Source: Psammoneis japonica (Eukaryota). Taken from it: a stretch of DNA of 64,000 nt. Below the pieces are notes generated by a model, which did not search any database, was not told the origin of the DNA, and worked only from the letters and a program-made list of their open reading frames with translations. Made by a program: the position numbers and the translations under genes. Where the stretch lies: positions 124,001 to 188,000 of the forward strand of contig QPGO01000082.1 of assembly GCA_008632985.1 (NCBI GenBank), in the 5' to 3' direction. Position 1 is the stretch's first letter; every line of letters begins with the position of its first letter. Of this stretch, positions 39,851-48,752 are shown one piece after another.

Positions 39851-40625
39851 TGATGAAAGACGAAGCCGAAGATGGATCACTGCGCACAGTGGAGCAGCTG
39901 CAGGAACCTTTGCTGGTTGTGCAGCCAAAACCTCCAGAAGAGGAACTCTGTCAGCGTCGCGCTTCAACTGGAGATCCAAGTTATGTCGAACCTCTTGACA
40001 TTGCAGAACAGGAGCAGGAAGAGAGGAATGGATTGGAGATCCAGAAGTGACGCATGGATCCTGGAAAGATGGCTTGTTTGATTGCTTCAAGTTTGGTCCG
40101 TGCCATCCTTCTCTTTGGAACGCGTGTTGCTGCCCTCAGATCCTCATGGCTCAGGTGTTGACACGTCTGAAAAGGAATTGGCTTGGCGATTCTGCTCCAG
40201 AAGACGAGTGGAGGGCCACGTTTCGGAGAATCTTGACCATGGTGATTTGCCATTGGGTCTTGAGTGTGTTTTTGTTGCCATCGGGTCCGGATGTGGTTGT
40301 CGACAAAGAAGGCAATGTCACAACCATTCCCGTGGAAACTCCAACCTGGCAGCAAGTGCTTTGCAACATTCTGGTGTTCGCCTTTGGATTGTGCACTTTG
40401 ATTGTGTTGATGAAGACCTGTCGAGCTGTGGGGGAATGGCATGAGATCCCTCAGACAAAATGCTGGGGCTTTGAGGACATCTGTTGTGCTTTTTGGTGCG
40501 GGTGCTGTGCTGTTTCCCAGCTTGCTCGTCAGACCGCAAACTGTCAGGATCGGAGGGCGGTTTGCTGTTCTGACTCAGGCCTGCCTGCCACTGCTCCCGT
40601 CTTTGAAGTTTGGAGTGTTTTGTGA
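39851..40625 (+). pseudogene. Hypermutated, chimeric PLAC8-family pseudogene (duplicate of 29034-29614 plus 3' flank)
   Basis: Colinear with the intact copy at offset +10999; all Tyr>Cys/His; stop TAA>TGG; unrelated 5' part is out of frame. Confidence 0.92.
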
Positions 40626-41790
40626 GCTGCATTGCAGACAAACACTCCTGGCATGGACAGCACAATGTCATTCTGGTGTTGCCATGCTTTTCCCATTGCG
40701 GCAGTCCATGGCAACTGCTCGAGCAAGTGATGCCAATCATCCTCCTCGTCCAGGGTGGACTCAACATGTCAGCTGCCGGCAGTGTTCTGAAATCAATGCT
40801 TGCCACCTGCACCAAAAGCTCTGCCATTGGTTCTGCTCTTTAGCCAAACTGATTGCTGGGAAGTGCCTGTCCATGAGAAAGCATTGCGAGCGCAAACGTC
40901 GTAAACTGGATCTCCCACTACAAACCAGCCATCTCTCTCAAAGTCATTGGGGCTCTTCCTCCACACTGGCTGTGTGGAAGGGGACTTGTGGAAATTGCAA
41001 CTGCTGCATCTCTCCAGAGATGCATCACTCTACAATCTAGAGCCAGAGAGAAGAGAGCCAATCTGTGTGCCCCTGTCTGTCACGCTTGCGATGCCTTTTG
41101 CACAGAAGACGCTGCCAGCACTGTGACACCGGTGTGAACAGCCAATCGTGTGGTGGCTTGTGGCTTGCAGTGTGGTCTGATGTGCGAGTTGCAAGTGGTG
41201 TCAAGGAGTTCACATGCAATGTCACCTCTCTGCTCTCTCTCCAGTGGAGCAGAGAGCAGAGCTGGCTCTCTAGAGAGAGGGCCCTCTCTACTCTAGAGCT
41301 CTAGCTGCCAGCCAGAGTGTGTGTTGTGCACTGTGCACCGGTGGAGAGTGGTGACGAGTTGCGACGTGTTGGTCATTCGGTCAGCGAGCAGACCTTGGTA
41401 GCATCGATTGATCGATCGATCACTTGGACCAACTTTTTTCGATTGATTGGTCAGGGGGACCGCCGACCTGTTTTTTCCGCGTTTGTCCTAAAATGACACC
41501 GGCTGTCCAGCAGTTCCTCCCAGCCAGATAGAAGAAGAAGAGAAAAGGAAAAGGAAGGAAAAAATGAACATTGATGGAGGTTTGAAAGGGTGCGCTGCAG
41601 CACCGCAGTGCGCACAGCAGTGAAGACGGACAGACAGGTGCAGACGCGCCACGTCCTGATGCGTTGGGCACGTGGAATTTGGTGCGAAGTGTCACACGTT
41701 TACGTGCGCAGAAGGATGTGGATCGCCAACGGCTGGAACAAAGCAGCACACCACACAGCAGTCAGTGCAGCTCTGTCATCACGGCGCTAG

Positions 41791-42607
41791 AATGGCGGAG
41801 GACAACATCGTTGCGTCTGGCAAAGCAGAGGATGCAGCAGCTCCGGAAGTCATGGCAGAACTCACGGGCGCCGAAGGCGCGGCGGCAGCTGCCATGACTG
41901 CACTTGGCGCCGAGGGAAGTGCCGAGGGTGTGTCCGTTGAGTCCGAATGCACAAGGATGTCGGAGAAGCCGGCGCAGTCCCAAACTGAAAAGAGGGAGAA
42001 AGCCGTGCCGCCGGAGCCAACCTTTCAAATTTGTGGTTGGAATGAAGCACAGCAGCTGGGTTGCACCGCCAAGCAGCTCCTCAAGGCCGGTTGCAAGATC
42101 GAGTTGGTGGGTGATCAGGCCACCTTTGTGAAACCGGAGGTCCTGCCTTTTTGCAGCAGCAAAAGCGAGGAGGCAGCCAAGCCCGCGGCCAAAGCGGTCG
42201 CGAAAGCAACGGCGGAAGAGGAAGAAGAAGGAAAGCAATTTCCGGACCCCAACGAGCCGTCATTCGACTTGTGGGACTGGGTGTTGCGGCACGAAAAATC
42301 CGATAATTTCCAGGAGTCCATGTGCCTGATGAAGGATGTGCCGAATGATCCCGACCTCTGGTTCCCCGCGCTGGGAGAACTGGGGTGCATCAGGAGCGAC
42401 CCTGAAGCCGTCGCGAATGCTCACGGTGAACACTGCAAGTGGGTGTGGAGGTGCCGCACAGAAGTCGGCGAGAGGGGCATCCCAGACTCGACACCGAAGA
42501 GCAACAAAGTGTTCAAGACCGCCGTCGAGGCTTTCGAAGCGGGGTGGTCACTCGCACTGGTCCACCTCGTGAAGAGAGTAAGTGCAGAAGTGTGCACATT
42601 TGGATGA
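41791..42607 (+). pseudogene. Eroded ORF of unknown function (possibly an upstream exon of the SET gene; GTAAGT donor-like site at 42578)
   Basis: Coding-like Ala/Glu-rich ORF starting MAEDNIVASG; no Tyr. Confidence 0.5.
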
Positions 42608-42664
42608 GGTGCCGTGTCACTTCAACCTGTGTTGTTTTGCCTCGAAAAGTCCGTTCACTCCGCA

Positions 42665-43252
42665 GGCCCCAAGGAGGTGGAGGTGGGCGAGCTACGCGCA
42701 TCGCAACAGAGGGGCGCAGGCATTGGTTTTTTTGCTTTGCGCCAGTTCCAGAAAGGCAGCACAGTTGGAATCTACGTGGGCCCCAGGGTGCCCGGTGCGA
42801 CGAGGAGCTGCTCGTGGTACGACCACGACAGCAAGTTTGGAGAAGACCACAGCATGTGCCACTCCACCATCCGTGACAGCGAGGGCCACTGCGTCACAGT
42901 GGAGCCAAAACCGCTTGATTTTAGCGGTCCAGGGAACAAGAATTCCCATCCACTCTACCTCGGAATGCACTGCGTGAACGATGCCACCGAGTCGTTCAAG
43001 GACAAGAAGAAGATCAAGGCAAGCCAACACGCGGACAACAACTGCGAGTTCTACAATGACGGGTGCTTGGCAGTCACGAAGCGAATCATGCCCGGGGAGG
43101 AATTTCTCTCCAGATGCAACTTGGACGAATCGGAGAAGAAGAAGAAGAAGAGGAAGGCGACGTCGGGTGCCATGAATCGGAAGAAGAAATCGCGTCTACT
43201 CCCCAAGTCGGGGGGGAGAAGCTCCACGTCTGGCAAAACGTTTGCCGTGTAG
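42665..43252 (+). pseudogene. SET-domain lysine methyltransferase-like
   Basis: GAGIGFFALRQFQKGSTVGIYVG; LGMHCVNDA (RFINH-equivalent); VTKRIMPGEEFLSRCN (GEEL..Y motif, Tyr position is TGC at 43115-43117). Confidence 0.8.
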
Positions 43253-43474
43253 TGTGCTCTGTAAATTAGCAGCACAGTGTGTTGGTGTTTTTCAGCGAAA
43301 CTGTGGCATCAGTTGGAAAGGCGTAGCCCCAGTTGTGGTTCGAAAAATGGGAACGAGGAAGAACAGAAAGTCGGTAAATTTGCGCAAATCTGGCAAATCA
43401 GCAGGTGCCTGCACAGTCGCCTGAGTACAGAAAGTCAGCAAATTTACGCAAATTTAGCAAGTTATTTTGTGCTG

Positions 43475-44944
43475 TCACAGTCGCCTGAGAATGGTCTCTT
43501 CCTCTAGAGAAAGGGGGATTGAATTGTTGTTCTTGCCCACTGCAGCACTCTTCAGGTGGAGAGACACGCAGAAGAACTTGTCGTTTGAGTTTGTCCTGCT
43601 GGAGATGCAGTGGCACTTGGTGGGGTTAAAAATGATGACAACACCAAGCCGGAGTGCAACGGAGATGCCTTCGGCAGGGAAGCAGAAGTGCGCCACAATC
43701 CCATCATTCATGGTGTGGCTGCCGGACGGAGGGACTCCCACCACGGTGACTGCTGACAGGAAGAAGTCCTGGTCCCGATGGGCATTGAGGAAGACATTGC
43801 GCCCAGCCGCCAGAGAGGAGAAAATGCCATCTGACCGTGCCAGGGATTTCCAGTTGTGAAACTTTTTGACACGAGCGACACCCTCAAGGATGGCACAGTC
43901 CACGTGCTCATTGACAAGGTGCTCCATGCGTGAAAGAAGTCTGGTGAGGTGGTGAGTGTGTTGGTCGGCTGTGCCAGGCTGCTTGCAAGAAATTCGAGTG
44001 TCTCTCGTGGCAGCCAGGCCAATCGTGGAATGCTTGCTCCTGTCCGTCTCCATGAAGGTAATGCGTTGTTTGCCATGCACGGTGGACTGGGCGGTGCAGC
44101 ATTCTAGTGCTTCGAGCGCTCGGCACTGAGCAACTAGTTCTGCTGGGTTGGGGGAGCTGAACACCACAGCAGAACGCGGCAGCAGGGTGCAGGTGTTGTC
44201 GCAGCGGCAACCGTCCAAGCCAAAGAAAGGCTTCAGATCGAGCACAGGGTCACAGACGACCAGAGGAGCCAATTCAGCAAAGTCAATGTCAGCAAGACAA
44301 GGTGGTGCAGGCTGAGTGTAGTCGCCGTTGTAAACTGGAGTGCGGTTGGCTACGCAGTGCATGGAGAGACTCTTAGTGACGCACGGTGCGAGTGGAACGA
44401 GGCGAGCAATCTTGGATGTTTTCCCACTGGCGCGGCTGCGGATTCGCCTGCGGCTGCGGTGGGCCTTGCGAAGTGGCGGTTGAGCCCTCAACACGTTCTC
44501 GCATGTCCTGGTGCGCATTGACGATGCGGTGTTCGCAGAGAACGTGTGTGCGAACTTGCTGGCAAATGTTCCGCTGCTTGACACTGTCACTGTCGTCTCA
44601 ACAGTGCCCAAAGCAGAACTCTGTCGACAGGGACCGGCGGACTCCAGGGGAGTGGGGTCAAAACCCAATCGAGAGATGTGTCTGCTTTCCGTTGCCTCAA
44701 GAGCACCCAAAGCAAAACTCTGTTGACAGGGACCGGCGGACTCCAGGGGAGTGGGGTCGAAACCTAATCGCAAGAAGCATTTGCTTGTTGTCGGGCTGCG
44801 AGCTGCACGTCCCAAACCCCCACACTGTCGAGACCGGCTGTAACTCGATCGCGACAAGTGCTTGTCGTTGGCAGGACGACGCAGCGAGGCACGAGGTAGT
44901 TGCGACATGGTGTGTCTCAATTTGAAATGTGTTTCAAAATGCAA
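43475..44944 (-). pseudogene. 2OG-Fe(II) dioxygenase, TET/JBP-like (core ~43475-44300)
   Basis: FLNAHRDQDF (HxD); FCFPAEGISVALRLGVVIIFNPTKCHCISSR (distal His); CVSLHLK terminal strand. Confidence 0.6.
44598..44770. repeat. Two-copy repeat, 99-bp period (in-frame RLGFDPTPLESAGPC)
   Basis: cccaaagca.aactctgt.gacagggaccggcggactccaggggagtggggtc at 44607 and 44706. Confidence 0.9.
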
Positions 44945-45289
44945 TGACGGAAGTGTTGTCGCGTTGTTTTTGTCTCCGCGGAGGGAGGATCATCCCACGG
45001 CAATCTCAGTGCGAGTTCTCGCGTAGAAGTGCGTCACGTGCCGTGCCAGCTCGTGCATTTGAATTGCACGGACACACAAGTGCGGCAACGATGAGAAGCA
45101 GGCCGAGATTCAAAACAAATTTTATCGCCCAAAGGCGTCTCATTGTTTCAACGCGTCTGCACATCTGTCCAAAATGACTTTGTACGTTGCTCCATGCGCA
45201 GGTAGAGGCAGCACGCCGCGTTTGAAAATTTCGCACGCACAGAGGGCGCGACGGTAATTTTACGCATTCTGCGCACGTCACAGTTTGGT

Positions 45290-46225
45290 TTGGAAATGCG
45301 ATGTCTGGTCGAACCCGCTGCAAGCAAGGTTGATGTTGCCACAAGGTTGGATGCGATGAACCATCATTGCAGAAGTGTTGGGGAGTTTTGTCTTCAAACG
45401 GCTCCGGACTCCGCGTTCCAGAGCAGGCGTGTCTCCGGAGACGGAAGCGGATCTTCGCACGGCGGCGAAGTTGGCTTCGCTTTGAGCAGCGAAGTGTTTT
45501 TGAACGAACGCCTTCTTGGCGTGAATCACACCTGCGATGCATCTGTCGACATGGGCGGGGGAGTTGCCGGACCCAGCATCGGGCTCAAGTTACTTCGTCG
45601 CCGTTGCACCGTGGTGAGCATCGAGGCCGACCACGATCATCACCAAGAGGCTGTGCGTTGGGCTCATCGTGCTGGCCTTCGCTCGAACGGCGGGTTGGAG
45701 TTGATCAACAAGTCATTCTTGGACAAGAGGCTGGCTCCTTTGTGGAAAAAGAAAGGACTCAAGGTGTTCTTCAACAACTGCAACTCCCGCATGGTCGACG
45801 ACAAGAACACACAGCAGAAGGCAGAGGCGATGCTTTCGAAGTTGTGTCGTGCTGGGACCGTGGTGGTGGCGCTAGATCCGCTGTTCGCGTCGCACGCGGC
45901 AGAGTGGATGTGCGAGTCCTTCACGGCGGATTGCCATGATGGCGACTTTTTGTGGCACAGCGGAGACGTGAAACATCTCGTCTTCCACAAGTGCACCAAG
46001 AAAGAGGAGACTTCTCAGTCAACCAGCCAGCACATGCGACGTCCCACTCCGACACACTTGGAACGGAAGCATTTGCCCGTCGCGAAACAGCCAATTTTGC
46101 TTAAGAACTCAACTGAACTGTTTTTTTACCATCACTGTGCTAGACGTCACACGCTAGTTGCTCCACTCAATTCGCCATTGCTTCGCGGTAATGACAAGTT
46201 GTCGTCGGAGATGGTGCACACTTGA
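45290..46225 (+). pseudogene. Class I SAM-dependent methyltransferase, DOT1-like
   Basis: SHGGE, DMGGGVAG, VSIE, KSFL, VFFNNC and AGTVVVALDPLF appear in the same order as DOT1 YGE/DLGSGVG/GVE/GDFL/FVNNF/GxRIVSxxPF. Confidence 0.6.
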
Positions 46226-46312
46226 AGAGACAGAGGAAAGCTGAGTTGTAATCGACACTTGGTTTGCCAAACATTTACAAATTTACACTGCACCGGCAAA
46301 AAAAAAAACAAC

Positions 46313-47050
46313 TCAGTCTTCATCGCTGTCCTGAAGCACCAAGTCGTCATCGACGTTCAGGTCAACTTCGCAGTTGAGCTCGACATCATTGTCGGCCTCT
46401 TCTCCAGCTTCTTCTGCCGGAGCTCCAATGAGACGACAGAGTTCCACAGGCAACGACCCCTCGTAGAAGTGGCTGTGAAGCAAGTTCTTGTTTTGGGCAC
46501 ACCAACCGATGTGAAACTGACCACCTTCCTTCTGAAGCTCGGCAAGCGCCACCTCGTTGCCAATCACTTCGGACCAAACAGCATCCTTCATCCAGAAGAA
46601 GTCGTCTTCAACGAAGACCTCGGTGTTGTTCTCAGGGTCATCGTTGAGCTGCTTCGCAATGCACTTCCCGAGGCCGCGCACTTTGGCATCGGTTGGGACT
46701 TCTTCGAGGAAGATGAAGAAGAGACGCACGGCGCAGTTCTTGGTGTTCGTCTGCAACTCGCCTTCGTGAACCCACCTGCCAGCGCAAGGGTGGAATCTGA
46801 CTTGAACCGCCCACGGAGTCCTGCTGCGAAGGTTGTCAAACAGAACCTTCTCCGACCAAACATTGGCCAAAAGGGGATTCTTGGCTTGGAGACAAAAAAC
46901 GACGCCTTTCTTGCGGCCGACAGTGACGGTGGCGCAGCGCAGGAGGGCGTCCTTGTCGGAATGGCTGCCATCGTCAGAACCGGCGGATTTGGAAAGCTTG
47001 AACCCATGCTTGGCAAGGCAGTCTTCCGGTTTAAGGTCGTCGTCGGTCAA
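46313..47050 (-). pseudogene. Eroded ORF of unknown function (cargo); 5' part probably continues to ~47300 in another frame
   Basis: 245-aa coding-like ORF with acidic tail; nearly Tyr-free. Confidence 0.55.
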
Positions 47051-47729
47051 GCCGTTGGTCTTGCGGGCGGACTTAGTTTCTTCAACAGAGCATCAGAAAA
47101 CTTCGTCTTTGCCTTCTTCTGTTTGGTTTTGGCGACTTTGGCTTTCGCAGCCCGGGGAGGTCGTTGTGTTTCTTTTGCATGCCATCGAATCAGTCGGAGA
47201 GAAATTGTGGGAACAAAAAGTGCGATCGTTCAGAAGTGCCAAGAAAGACCCAGCAGAGCTGCGTGCATCATGCCAAGGAGAACTGGCAACATCAGCAACT
47301 AGATCCAAACACGTCGAACTGCAACAAGGTGACCTTCCAGGTGTCAGCACTTGCAAGTGGTGCATGGATTCAATTTGAACAAAACAGACACAAGGATCGG
47401 AGCACGCAAAGTCGCACCAAGTTTGCTGAAAATGCGTAAAATCACGTGCAATTCCGTCCGTGCTTCATGTGTGTTTCAGCCGTTGCTGCCGCGCGGCCAT
47501 CGCGCACGAAATCTAGTCGCCAAACGGTCGACGCCATCGCTGTCACTGCTGTGCCGGTGGTTGGCTAAGGTGGGCCCATCACCCATTTGGATGATTCGCG
47601 CGCACTTTGGAAACACGAATGACGTCAATCGCACTGTCATTGCCACATGACTGACTCAACTGCCCCGCCACTCGTTAAAGCGTGATTCTGCGGAATTTGC
47701 GTGAAGCTGCGCCCACCACCAAGATTGCC

Positions 47730-47831
47730 GAAACAACTTGAACAAGATCCGAATCTTGCCCCATGGAATGTTCAGAGCAGATGGTCGAAACAACTTGAAC
47801 AAGATCCAAATCTCATCCCATGGGATGTTCA
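47730..47831. repeat. Two-copy repeat, 57-bp period
   Basis: gaaacaacttgaacaagatcc.aatct...cccatgg.atgttca twice. Confidence 0.85.
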
Positions 47832-47984
47832 ACGTCGACGAAACTAAGTGGGACATCGCACGTCTGGTGCAAAGAAGGATGTGGGAGGAACGCACACGTC
47901 ACTCTTCCGTCGAGGTGAAAGAGGCACACTTTCGTCTCACTTTTTTGTGACAGAACCTTTGCGCAAAGGGAAACGAAAAGCATC

Positions 47985-48680
47985 CAACTGCGGTGATTGG
48001 GCCACACCAATCGCAGTTCTCAGTTCTCACAGTGACCTGGTGACGCAGGTTGTGAGATGACGCACAAGCTCAGCTGCGGTGACTGGACGACACCAGTCGC
48101 AGCTCTCACAGAGACCTGATCGCACAGGTTGTGAGAACACGACACAATGCTGCGGTGATCGGACAGCACCAATGCAGTTCGTCAAGCAACTACTCACTTG
48201 GCTGTGGTGACTGGACGACACCAGTTGCAGCTCTCACAGCGACCTGATTGCACAGGTTGTGAGCAAACAACACAGTGCTGCACCTCGTAACGCAGGTTGT
48301 GAGATGATGCACAAGCTCAGCTGCGGTGACTGGACGACACCAGTCGCAGTTCTCACAGAGACCTGATCGCACAGGTTGTGAGAACACGACACAACGCTGC
48401 GGTGATCGGGTGGCACCGACGCAGTTCGTCAAGCAACCAACCAACTCGGCTGCGGTGACTGGACAGCACCAGTCGCAGCACTCACAGCGACCTGATTGCA
48501 CAGGTTGTGAGAAGACGACACAGCGCTGCGGTGAACGGACAGCACCGACGCGGTTCGTTGATCAACTGGACAGAACCACTGCGGTGACTGGACGACACCA
48601 GTCGCAGTGCCACAGGTGGTGAGAAAACACACATCGCTGTGGTGATTGGATGGCACCGATCGCAGCTTCACGGTGATCGC
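47985..48680. repeat. Complex minisatellite of alternating hairpin units upstream of Rep-helicase
   Basis: Units ctgcggtgactggacgacaccagtcgcag and ctcacagagacctgatcgcacaggttgtgag; higher-order period ~247 bp. Confidence 0.9.
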
Positions 48681-48752
48681 ACTGAAAAAACAACTGTTTT
48701 TGCTGAGCAACTTCTTGAAATTTGTTGAGTTGAAGCATCAGCTTAAATTAAA

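Noticed and set aside
15100..41400. Hundreds of overlapping Cys/His/Trp/Gln-rich ORFs in all six frames
   Set aside because: By-product of TAA/TAG loss and TG/CA excess; not genes (apart from the intact PLAC8 island).
46259..47302. 347-aa plus-strand ORF
   Set aside because: Antisense shadow of the more protein-like minus-strand ORF, kept open by TA depletion.
47985..48680. CRISPR array
   Set aside because: Inter-repeat segments are themselves repeated, there are no unique spacers or cas genes, and the context is eukaryotic.
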